Positions 9,118-18,056 of a stretch of DNA of 64,000 nucleotides are shown in pieces. Positions within the stretch are counted from its first letter, which is position 1, and the number at the start of each line of letters is the position of its first letter. The notes under the pieces are model-generated. The model searched no databases, had not been told where the DNA came from, and was given only the letters and a program-made list of their open reading frames with translations. The position numbers were made by a program, and so were the translations under genes. Origin of the DNA: Sphingomonas sp. (lineage in GTDB: Bacteria; Pseudomonadota; Alphaproteobacteria; Sphingomonadales; Sphingomonadaceae); the NCBI GenBank assembly GCA_965219075.1, contig CBDCMM010000002.1:643893-707892 (forward strand), in the 5' to 3' direction.

Positions 9118-10020
9118 ATGCCCGATCGTACAATTTCGCCCACGCCAGAGCGCCCCGCTCTCGATGCTATGCTGCAGGATGGACGAAGTATGCGGGTGGC
9201 GGTAATTCTCCTCAACTGGCGCGCCGCAGACATGACGCTGACCGCCGTGGCGCGCGTGTTCGAACAAACACGGCAACCCGATCACGTCTTCGTCGTGGAG
9301 AATGGAAGTGGCGACAATTCGGAAACCCTGTTGCGCGTCGGCCTTGCCGCCTATGGTAATCGCGTCACGCTGTTCGTGAACCGCGACAATCTCGGCTTCG
9401 GCGGGGGATGCAACACTGCGTTGCGCACTGTTCTCGATGCCGATTATGCATTTTGCTGGTTGCTGAACAATGACGCGGAGCCTGCACCCTCCTGCCTAGC
9501 TCATCTCGTTGCCGCCGCCGCGCGCTTTCCGTCGACCGGTGCGGTTGGCTCGCTGCTAGACAATCCCATACAACCTGGTCACGCGCATTTCGGAAGCTAC
9601 GTTCACCCCCTGACTTTGGTGTCATACCTGCTGCACCGTCCGGACGATATCGACGCGCATCGCTACGCCTGGCTGACCGCAGCCTCGCTGCTGGTGTCGG
9701 TATCGGCGCTGCGTCGGGTGGGCATCTTCGACGAACGCTATTTCATGTACTGGGAAGACGCAGATCTGAGCATGCGACTGCGCAAAGCTGGATACCGTCT
9801 CGTTGCCGAACCACAGGCCCTCGTGACGCACACTGCGGGCACCAGTTCGCAAAGTATAACGATCCGCCGCTACCAGTGGCATCTCGCGTCGCAGCGGCTG
9901 TGGTTGCGTAAGCATCATCCGCTAGGTCGAGCGATGGGACCCGTGTTGCATGCCAAATATCTTCTGAAGGCTCTGATTGATCGCGACCTAGGGCGCTTTC
10001 GTGCGCTGCTGACTAGCTAG
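9118..10020 (+). CDS. Glycosyltransferase family 2 (rhamnosyltransferase-like)
   Basis: VILLNW, VENGS, NLGFGGGCN, LLNNDA, YFMYWEDADLS. Start may instead be 9169 or 9190. Confidence 0.88.
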   Translation: MPDRTISPTPERPALDAMLQDGRSMRVAVILLNWRAADMTLTAVARVFEQTRQPDHVFVVENGSGDNSETLLRVGLAAYGNRVTLFVNRDNLGFGGGCNTALRTVLDADYAFCWLLNNDAEPAPSCLAHLVAAAARFPSTGAVGSLLDNPIQPGHAHFGSYVHPLTLVSYLLHRPDDIDAHRYAWLTAASLLVSVSALRRVGIFDERYFMYWEDADLSMRLRKAGYRLVAEPQALVTHTAGTSSQSITIRRYQWHLASQRLWLRKHHPLGRAMGPVLHAKYLLKALIDRDLGRFRALLTS

Positions 10021-10026
10021 AGCGGA

Positions 10027-11229
10027 TTAGGCCATGCCCCCGGCTCGCCCCGGGATCGTCGCAGCGCGTAACGGCGTGACGCCGACGTTGTAGCGGCACC
10101 CAAGATGCAGCAAGATATAGATAATTAGCCACGTCTGCATCGCTGACAGTATGGCCCCTAACAGATCTGACTCAAACGTAATGAAGGACGTGCAGAACGC
10201 CATAGCCAATGATATTTTCCATCTATTCTTATAAAACAGATGGGTCTCCACAACCCTATCGAAAACTCTACACGCCCTGCCAATTAATAAGAATGCCACA
10301 AACAAGCCAGGGATGCCCGCGTAATAAAGCGGATCGGTTATTATTGAATTGCTATCGTCTAGCCTATCTGACTTCAATACTACCTGTGTATAATACTGCT
10401 TAGACGAGGTCTGTCCTAATATCTTTGCTTCTTGCGCTGCTTTTAGAAAGGGTACTTTGGAAACCAGCGGCGCCAACACGTTGACGTCCCAAGTGCCCGA
10501 ATAAGGCATAAGATGCGCTTCTCGCAACTGAGTAACAATGTTTAGTCCGTCCAGACGCTGAAATATCTCGACTTGGACATAGTCGTGCAGCGAATAATAA
10601 CTTTCCGCCCGCACGGAACTAAAATATGTAAATGAAGCGAAGACTAGAGCCAGCGCGAAAAAAACGCTAACACTATTTGCGACATATCGAACTACCTTGT
10701 CTAGCGGGAAAAATGCCATGACGGTGAGTGCGATGACGACCACTCGGCCGCGTGAATCTGAAATCCCCATGAACGGCAGCGAGGTAAGGACGCTTACAAT
10801 GATCGCCAGCCTGTCCAATCTGCGAACGGGTTTTGCGATCAGGTAGAGAATAAGAACGGGAATCAGTATCAACTCGTAGACGCGGATGATCGCAAGCACC
10901 AACAGCGGCATGGTCCCGTAGATTTCCGCCATTACTTCGGAGCCCTGCCGACGGTTCAGCAAGCCGAAGTCGAGCGAAAGAACGTCATATACGACGCTTA
11001 ATGCAAGGATCACCATCCAGAGCTGCGGACGCGGAACGAGTGACACGTCTAGCTTTGGGAGCGTACCGGGCGTGTTGCTCAGCTTGACGAACGCCCCGAT
11101 TGCGAACGCGATCACCGCAACTAGACCAACGCCTACCGGTGGATGGTAGCCGAATTCGCCTGACGCGCGAAGAATCGGCATGAGTAGAAGATAAATCGCC
11201 GCTTGAGCGAAGACGATCCAAGTAATCAT
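10027..11229 (-). CDS. Polytopic membrane protein, probable Wzy-type polymerase
   Basis: About 10 TM segments, a large loop in the C-terminal half, 'SRGRV' motif, low GC (22/60 at 10201-10260), inside the polysaccharide locus. Confidence 0.55.
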   Translation of the reverse strand: MITWIVFAQAAIYLLLMPILRASGEFGYHPPVGVGLVAVIAFAIGAFVKLSNTPGTLPKLDVSLVPRPQLWMVILALSVVYDVLSLDFGLLNRRQGSEVMAEIYGTMPLLVLAIIRVYELILIPVLILYLIAKPVRRLDRLAIIVSVLTSLPFMGISDSRGRVVVIALTVMAFFPLDKVVRYVANSVSVFFALALVFASFTYFSSVRAESYYSLHDYVQVEIFQRLDGLNIVTQLREAHLMPYSGTWDVNVLAPLVSKVPFLKAAQEAKILGQTSSKQYYTQVVLKSDRLDDSNSIITDPLYYAGIPGLFVAFLLIGRACRVFDRVVETHLFYKNRWKISLAMAFCTSFITFESDLLGAILSAMQTWLIIYILLHLGCRYNVGVTPLRAATIPGRAGGMA

Positions 11230-11311
11230 CTCGCGTAAACCTCGGGCGTTTTAACGTATCTCGGGAAGTCCACCTTAAATTCCGAGCCAAAACGCAGGGC
11301 GCGCACGCCGT

Positions 11312-12313
11312 TCAAATCTTCACGCAACTCAGATATATTTCCGCGCAATCTCGATCGTGCGTGATCGAGCGAACCGTTTCCAATGCTTCGTAAGGCACCG
11401 TTTTGCGGCTCTGACTCGCCGCAGGCACCTCACCGCGGACCTGCTCGCGGCTTTGCTGCACGATGAAGCCGCCCAATGGGGTGCCGTGCACACCAACCTC
11501 GCCGAAGCCTTCCTGCTTCGCCAGCAGGCGCAGCGAACCGGGCGTGTGGATCGACAGGTGGCGTGGCACCTCCAGCCCACGCCAAGCCGCTCCGGCCTGT
11601 CGCGCATCGCTTGAGGCTGCGTTTGGCGTGCGCAACACAAGGCGGCCGCCCGGACGGAGCACGCGCCTCGCCTCGGCGAAGAAAGCGCGCGGATCGGGCA
11701 CGTGCTCGATCGTATGGCTCGCGACCACCGCGTCGACCGAGCTAGTTGCAAACAGTCCATCGGTGAATTCGCCGCGGATCGCGTCGAATCCCAATCCGCG
11801 AGCGGATTGGACGCAGGTTTCGTCAAGTTCGCTGCCCAAGACTTCCCATCCAGCCTCGCGCATTAGCGCCAGTGATTGCCCGTTACCGAACCCGACCTCG
11901 ATCACGCGGCCATCCGCGACATAAGGCAGCCAAAATACTCGCGAGAGCGCCATTTCACGAAAATACGGTATGGCATCCAACACACGCGCCAGAAGCGCCG
12001 CTCGCCCCCGCTGCGCCGTAGGATATCCTAAATGGCGATGCATGATGTGTTTCAGCGCCGCACGATACAGTCCCTTTACCCCGGTTGTCGTTAAAACGGG
12101 CGGTGCATGGGTGCTGTACGTTTCGTAGAAACCGCCTAGCTGTTGCGCGGTCAGATCATGCGCCAAATATAGTGCCGCACAAGATGCGTTGATGCAGCGG
12201 TCTAGGTTCCATTGCCCGGCGACCCCATAGACGCGATCTTCGACACCGCGAAACGCCGGCGCCAAGTCACTGTTGCACACCATGCAATGATTCGGTTGAC
12301 GGTAGATCAGCAC
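11312..12313 (-). CDS. Class I SAM-dependent methyltransferase with N-terminal Cys cluster
   Basis: CMVC...CINASC; EVGFGNG; HTIEHVPDP; HLSIHT. Confidence 0.85.
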   Translation of the reverse strand: MLIYRQPNHCMVCNSDLAPAFRGVEDRVYGVAGQWNLDRCINASCAALYLAHDLTAQQLGGFYETYSTHAPPVLTTTGVKGLYRAALKHIMHRHLGYPTAQRGRAALLARVLDAIPYFREMALSRVFWLPYVADGRVIEVGFGNGQSLALMREAGWEVLGSELDETCVQSARGLGFDAIRGEFTDGLFATSSVDAVVASHTIEHVPDPRAFFAEARRVLRPGGRLVLRTPNAASSDARQAGAAWRGLEVPRHLSIHTPGSLRLLAKQEGFGEVGVHGTPLGGFIVQQSREQVRGEVPAASQSRKTVPYEALETVRSITHDRDCAEIYLSCVKI

Positions 12314-13650
12314 TTGCGCCCCCTAGCCAGCCACCATCCCGAGAGCAACACATCACCGCGCGCCAGCCCCAGCTCCTGCGCGTTGAGCCGCTCATCATGA
12401 ACCAGTGTCAGGACCAGCCTGATTGTTGCGGAAAAAGCCAAGGCGATCGGGATACCTACGATGCCTAGGAAATGACCCAGTATTATACTCCCCGTAATAG
12501 ACAGGACCGCTTCGACCATCGGGCTTAGCCACAAGGTGTGCTGGCGCCCCGCACTCATGACGAAAATCGTAAAGCACATTGTCAGTAGACGCAGAACGGT
12601 AGCAGGCAGCAGCATCAGAGAGAACAACTTCACCTCGTCGGCCAGTTGTGGCGTCAGCCATAAGGCGTAAAGGGCAACCGGCGCAGCTACGATCACCAGC
12701 GCGGTCATGAAAATATAGCCTTGGAACAACGTGTTGACGAGAAGAAAAAACCGTCGGCGCAACGGTCGGGGCCGCTCCAACGCCGCGGTCGCGTGGACCG
12801 CAATCGGCCCGGACACTGCCACCATCGCCGCGGAAACAATCCCCAGAAGACTGATAGCGATACTAAACGGCACGATTTGGGCGCGATACCCCACCGCGAC
12901 CACCATCACCGTCGCCGTGGTGGCAAGATACGCTGTCACGTTCCACCACAACACTCCGCGCAGACCGAGTAGCAGGTCGCGGATCAATCCTGTCGGTGCC
13001 GGTTCGCTCTTTGCACGGTGGGCATCTCCCCCCCTTATGCTCGATCGTAGAAGAAGCAAGATTGCGATCGACCATGAACTGACTGCATAGACCGCAAAGA
13101 TCCAAGGAAGCGGCCGACCGCTTCCCGCTATCCAGATCGCAGCCACACCAGCGAGTTGCGCTAATCCCGGCCATGATTTGGCGACATTGTCCGGACGAAA
13201 GTCGCGCTGGGCGGCTGCAGGAGCGATCGCCAACCCCACCGCCAGCAATCCCAGTGTGTACATCAGCAGCGCGTAAAGACCAAAACGCACTGTTGTCGGA
13301 TCTGAGACGATATGCCCCAGCCGGACGTACAGCTCGATGCCCACGATCGTTAGCGCGATATGTGCCGCGGTGACGATGATAACGAAGCGGCCGTATCCCG
13401 CTATTGCACGATCGGCACCATATCTAGCTACTGCCAGCGCGAGCTGCGATGCGCCAACCGAGCGCATGGATTGCGGCAGGATCAGCACCAGCGGAAGCGA
13501 GGCGAGAACGACCGAGTATATGTCAAACTGGGGACGAGTCAGTGCGCGCGCCAGAGCAGCCGGGATCAGCACTGTCGAAAAGATCAGCATTCCGCTCGAC
13601 ACGACGCTACCAATTGAGTTGCTGAGCAGGCTGCGAGGACGCGTGGACAT
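12307..13650 (-). CDS. Probable Wzx-type flippase
   Basis: About 12 TM segments; 'ALARALTRPQFDIYSVVLA' resembles the Wzx N-terminus; MATE/MOP-like length; locus context. Confidence 0.65.
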   Translation of the reverse strand: MSTRPRSLLSNSIGSVVSSGMLIFSTVLIPAALARALTRPQFDIYSVVLASLPLVLILPQSMRSVGASQLALAVARYGADRAIAGYGRFVIIVTAAHIALTIVGIELYVRLGHIVSDPTTVRFGLYALLMYTLGLLAVGLAIAPAAAQRDFRPDNVAKSWPGLAQLAGVAAIWIAGSGRPLPWIFAVYAVSSWSIAILLLLRSSIRGGDAHRAKSEPAPTGLIRDLLLGLRGVLWWNVTAYLATTATVMVVAVGYRAQIVPFSIAISLLGIVSAAMVAVSGPIAVHATAALERPRPLRRRFFLLVNTLFQGYIFMTALVIVAAPVALYALWLTPQLADEVKLFSLMLLPATVLRLLTMCFTIFVMSAGRQHTLWLSPMVEAVLSITGSIILGHFLGIVGIPIALAFSATIRLVLTLVHDERLNAQELGLARGDVLLSGWWLARGRKC

Positions 13651-13803
13651 CACGCATCTCTAGCGCGTCTCGCAACCCGCGCCAGTGGCTTGGTCGCCGA
13701 CGCACGATCATGGCGCAGTTGACTTTATGGAGACAATGGCGACTAGAAGAGGCTTGCCAATCGCGAGAATTCCGCCGTTCCCGCCTGTTCGACAAGAGGC
13801 TAC

Positions 13804-14979
13804 GTGACTAAAAACACATCAAGCTGGCCGTCCTTCACCGCGGAGGAAGTCGAGGCGGTCGGGGACGTAATCCGCTCCAATAAGGTCAACTATTGGACCG
13901 GCACCATTGGCCGCCGGTTCGAAACCGAGTTCGCGGCTTGGGCGGGGACACACCATGCCGTCGCGCTGGCAAACGGCACTTTGGCGCTTGACGTTGCGCT
14001 GAAGGCGCTTGGCATTGGTGCCGGTGACGAGGTCATCGTCACGCCGCGCACGTTTATCGCCTCCGTCTCCGCGGTGGTAAACGCGGGGGCGACACCGGTC
14101 TTCGCCGATGTTGACAGCGATAGCGGCAACATCTCTTCCGCAACGATCGCCGCGGTACTGACCGAAAGAACGCGCGCGATCGTGCCGGTTCATCTCGCCG
14201 GGTGGCCGTGTGACATGGACGCGATCATGGCGCTGGCCGCCCAGTACGGGCTGAAGGTTATCGAGGATTGCGCGCAAGCGCACGGCGCACAGATCGGTGG
14301 ACGCATGGTAGGCAGCATCGGTGATGTCGGTGCTTGGTCGTTCTGCCAGGACAAGATCATGACCACTGGCGGCGAAGGCGGCATGGTCACCACCAACGAC
14401 CCGGACCTATGGTCGGCTATGTGGTCGTACAAGGATCACGGCAAGTTATGGGAAGCGGTGTACGAGCGCCCGCATCCCCCCGGTTTTCGCTTCGTCCACG
14501 ACAGCTTTGGCACTAACTGGCGAATGCTGGAGGTCCAGGCGACAATCGGACGCATTCAGATTGGTCGTATGGTGGCATGGACTGCGCGCCGAACCGCAAT
14601 CGCCACCCAGCTCGCGAAGGCCTTGAGCGAGTTCGGCACGGCGGTTCGTGTGCCGCTTCCTGCGGGCGAGATAATTCACGCCTTTTACCGGCTCTACGGC
14701 TATGTCCGCCCTGAGGGGCTGGCGACAGGATGGTCGCGTGATCGGATCGTTGCCGAACTGGCGCAGCGCGGAGTTCAAGTGATGCATGGCACCTGTGCCG
14801 AGGTGTATCTGGAACACGCATTCGACGACACGCCGTGGCGCCCGACCGAACGACTACCGGTCGCACGTGAGCTCGGGGAAACCAGCATTGCCTTTCTCGT
14901 GCATCCGACGATGTGTGATAAGGAGATAGCCACCGCGTGTCTCACGATCAGAGCGGTTTTGGCGCAGGCAACGCGATAA
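13804..14979 (+). CDS. DegT/DnrJ/EryC1/StrS sugar aminotransferase (PglE-like)
   Basis: NGTLAL, TPRTFIAS, IEDCAQAHG, SFCQDKIMTTGGEGG (PLP lysine), GTNWRM. Confidence 0.93.
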   Translation: MTKNTSSWPSFTAEEVEAVGDVIRSNKVNYWTGTIGRRFETEFAAWAGTHHAVALANGTLALDVALKALGIGAGDEVIVTPRTFIASVSAVVNAGATPVFADVDSDSGNISSATIAAVLTERTRAIVPVHLAGWPCDMDAIMALAAQYGLKVIEDCAQAHGAQIGGRMVGSIGDVGAWSFCQDKIMTTGGEGGMVTTNDPDLWSAMWSYKDHGKLWEAVYERPHPPGFRFVHDSFGTNWRMLEVQATIGRIQIGRMVAWTARRTAIATQLAKALSEFGTAVRVPLPAGEIIHAFYRLYGYVRPEGLATGWSRDRIVAELAQRGVQVMHGTCAEVYLEHAFDDTPWRPTERLPVARELGETSIAFLVHPTMCDKEIATACLTIRAVLAQATR

Positions 14980-14999
14980 TATCAGAACAGAGAGCAGGG

Positions 15000-15617
15000 A
15001 TGCGGATCGCTATTATTGGGGCTGGTGGCCTAGGACATGAACTCATTGCGCCACTGCGCCGACAGCTGCAAGCCAGCGGCGCCATGGCAGATGTCGTTTT
15101 CGCGGACGATGTTGATCGATTGGCAAGCTTGCCAGTTCTTCGGATCGAAGATCTCGCATCGGATGATCAATTTATTGTCTCTGTTGGCGATGGAAAGACG
15201 CGTGAGTTACTGCACGAGCGCGCAATTACTGCAGGCCTTACTCCTTTTCCGTTTTGCGCACCCACTTCCATTCAAGGCATCGATGTAACGATTGGAAACG
15301 GTGGAGTGTTGTGCGATTTTGTAAATATAACAGCTCGAGTGTCTATCGGACGACAATTTCAAGCCAATATTTATAGTTACGTTGCTCATGATTGCGTGAT
15401 TGGCGACTATGTCACGTTGGCGCCGCAGGTATGCTGTAATGGTAATGTTCACGTTGCCGATTATGCATATATTGGCACTGGCGCAGTCATCCGCCAAGGC
15501 ACACCAGACAAGCCTTTGCGAATTGGTGCCCACGCAGTCGTTGGAATGGGTGCAGTAGTAACCAAGGATGTGCCCGAAGGTGCAACGGTCGTAGGGAACC
15601 CAGCGCGTCCGTTTTGA
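15000..15617 (+). CDS. Sugar N-acetyltransferase (PglD/NeuD-like, hexapeptide repeats)
   Basis: IIGAGGLG, VAHDC, left-handed beta-helix repeats, VVGMGAVVTKDVP...VGNPA. Confidence 0.9.
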   Translation: MRIAIIGAGGLGHELIAPLRRQLQASGAMADVVFADDVDRLASLPVLRIEDLASDDQFIVSVGDGKTRELLHERAITAGLTPFPFCAPTSIQGIDVTIGNGGVLCDFVNITARVSIGRQFQANIYSYVAHDCVIGDYVTLAPQVCCNGNVHVADYAYIGTGAVIRQGTPDKPLRIGAHAVVGMGAVVTKDVPEGATVVGNPARPF

Positions 15618-15636
15618 TAAACCGATTTTAAACTGG

Positions 15637-16833
15637 CTACGGTCTAGTTCGCAGCACCGTTCCACGACCGGCGTCAAGCAGCGAAGGCCTACCCGGAATA
15701 TTATCAATCCAATTGCCGTCCAAGACGTTGTCGCGAGACATGATTGGTGGATGCTGCGCAAGCGGGATGCCATCGCCCGCCGTAAGCGCCGCAACCTGAA
15801 GGCCGCCATAGCCTTTACCCCAGTCATGAATGGTATTGCCCGCTATCCTGTTTCGCGACGCTCCTTGGAGCACCATCCCCTGAGTGCGCGATCTGGTACA
15901 GATGTTATCGGTGAACTCGCTGTCGTTAAGCAGGATGAGCCGCACCTGCCCGGCAAAGGTATTCGCGTGGATCCGACAATGCGATGCGCCATACACAAGC
16001 CCCCCGCCCCGCTTGCCCTGCCCTGCGTAGCGCTTGCCATGCAGTGTCTGGGCAAGAAGAGACTCGGGCGAAATCGCAAACGCAACGTCTGAACGGCAAT
16101 CGTTTCCCGTCACTTCGACACCGCTGGCATCCCGACCAAGCAGGATATCGACGCGATTATCAGCACAGACGCTGCCGCTCACCTCCGTCGATATCGACGC
16201 TGCAACCGCGATGCCAGCTAGCAGGTTGCCCGTCGCTCGGTTTGAGCCCACGTAACTGTCCTCGGTGCCCGACAAGTAGATTCCGTCTTTAGCGTTACCA
16301 GACACCGTGCAGCCCTCAACCCGGTTGCCCGCGCCGTATTCGATGATAATGCCATCATTCAGACAATCCCGGACGATCACGCCACTGAGACGGCATCCGG
16401 TGCATCGGGTGAGATGAATACCATCGCGAAATGCCACAAACGATCGCGTCCGGCGAGCACCATCGACAACTAGTTGTTCGATGGTGATGGCGCTATTGCC
16501 TTCCGGATCGGCATTGACAATCAGAGCCAGTCCGTCCTCGGACCTCTTCACCAAGATGCTTTCGGTGCCCTGTCCGGCGATACGCCGCCCGGACGGCACC
16601 CGTAGCGGGGCGCTGACGAGGTAGCGGCCACGAGGGATCAGGATTACAGACGATGCGTCGATCGCGGCCTGGATGGCGCGGGTGTCGTCGCTTCGCCCGT
16701 CGCCGCGCGCGCCACCTGCAAAGCGCAAGTCACGCACCGACACTGAGGCCCCGGCTTCCTGCGCATCGGTACACCACCCCGTTCGGCCCACTGCGATCAC
16801 GAGAATGCCCAAGGCCACACGCCGGGTGATCAC
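15637..16833 (-). CDS. Exported right-handed beta-helix protein (pectate-lyase-3/depolymerase-like)
   Basis: GTG start overlapping the upstream stop; TRRVAL plus hydrophobic stretch; 'GARGDGRSDDTRAIQAAID' cap; repeated N-x-x-DGI turns. Confidence 0.75.
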   Translation of the reverse strand: MITRRVALGILVIAVGRTGWCTDAQEAGASVSVRDLRFAGGARGDGRSDDTRAIQAAIDASSVILIPRGRYLVSAPLRVPSGRRIAGQGTESILVKRSEDGLALIVNADPEGNSAITIEQLVVDGARRTRSFVAFRDGIHLTRCTGCRLSGVIVRDCLNDGIIIEYGAGNRVEGCTVSGNAKDGIYLSGTEDSYVGSNRATGNLLAGIAVAASISTEVSGSVCADNRVDILLGRDASGVEVTGNDCRSDVAFAISPESLLAQTLHGKRYAGQGKRGGGLVYGASHCRIHANTFAGQVRLILLNDSEFTDNICTRSRTQGMVLQGASRNRIAGNTIHDWGKGYGGLQVAALTAGDGIPLAQHPPIMSRDNVLDGNWIDNIPGRPSLLDAGRGTVLRTRP

Positions 16834-18056
16834 CGCCGCGGCTCTTCGACAACGAAATCGACCCACTGGTCGGCTAACGTCCGACGATCGAAGCGTTCAC
16901 GGGCCAAGGCGGCACCGTACGTGCTCATGGCCGGTAGCAGCCCCGACCGATCAGCCAGCAACTGGAGCGCATCGGCGAATGCCTCAGCGTCATCAGGTGG
17001 AACCGCTATTCCGCACCGGTGCTCGCTAACCAGATCCGCGATCCATCCCGGATAATTGGTCAGCACTGGCAATCCTGCTGCGATATAGTCGAAAAACTTG
17101 TTGGGTGATGTTCCGTAGTAAAATGCCGGAATGTTCGCGAGTATCTGCAAACCGATGTCAGCCCTCGCCATAATCCTTGCGAGCTCTGCCTTGTTCACCG
17201 GCGATCGAAATTCGACGGCACCAATTTTCTCCGCGACAACACGAGCCTGGAGCGCTGCCTTCTGCTTGCCGTCGCCGATCAGTACGATCCGGATTCGCTG
17301 CTCACCACGCTGTTGGAGCACGTGCGCGGCGTCCAGTACCGCGTCGAGTCCATTTGCGGTGCCGTGCGTGCCGGTAAAAACTGCTAACAGCGGATTATGA
17401 GCATCTACAGGAGGGCGGGCGCCCTCGCCCCGGTTACATCCGGCGTCGAACAAGTCGGTATCGCAGCCGTTGGGTATCATCGCGATCGGCTTGTTCCCGC
17501 CTCCGCCATGCCGGATCCCCTCTACGATACCAGGTGAAAGCCCGACCAACCTGTCCGCACTGCGATAGCCCAGCCACTCAAGCGCGCGCAGCAGCGCGAT
17601 GACAACCGGGTTGCGGATCACGCCCATTGCCTTGGGAAGCTCCGGCCAGAGATCGCGCACTTCGAAGACGAACGGCCGCCCGCGTATTTGTGCCACGATC
17701 CCTGGTATTGCGGCCGTCAACGGCGTACTCGTGGCGAAGACAATATCGGCCGGTTCCGACCAGGCGAGACGGGCGCTGCGCATGGCATAGCGCAGGAACT
17801 GATTGGCTCGCGCCGCGAAGCCGAGCTTATTCGAATAGGAAAGCTCGAGCTCGATAACCTTAATTCCGTCCACAGTCCCGCGCCGCTCGCCGTGCTCGAA
17901 GGGCATGGTCAGCCCGGTAGATCCCTGATCGTAAGATCCGCACACCATGGTAACGCTGTGCCCACGCGCGATCAGCCGCCGCGCCATCTGGTACGAACGA
18001 ATACCTGCCGAACCCTGTGGCGTCGAAAAATGCTGATGGAAGTAGAGGATCCTCAC
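16830..18056 (-). CDS. Glycosyltransferase family 4 (WbuB-like)
   Basis: ILYFHQHFSTP, FEVRDLWPE, SPNKFFDYIAAGLP; GTG start overlapping the heparinase stop. Confidence 0.92.
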   Translation of the reverse strand: MRILYFHQHFSTPQGSAGIRSYQMARRLIARGHSVTMVCGSYDQGSTGLTMPFEHGERRGTVDGIKVIELELSYSNKLGFAARANQFLRYAMRSARLAWSEPADIVFATSTPLTAAIPGIVAQIRGRPFVFEVRDLWPELPKAMGVIRNPVVIALLRALEWLGYRSADRLVGLSPGIVEGIRHGGGGNKPIAMIPNGCDTDLFDAGCNRGEGARPPVDAHNPLLAVFTGTHGTANGLDAVLDAAHVLQQRGEQRIRIVLIGDGKQKAALQARVVAEKIGAVEFRSPVNKAELARIMARADIGLQILANIPAFYYGTSPNKFFDYIAAGLPVLTNYPGWIADLVSEHRCGIAVPPDDAEAFADALQLLADRSGLLPAMSTYGAALARERFDRRTLADQWVDFVVEEPRR

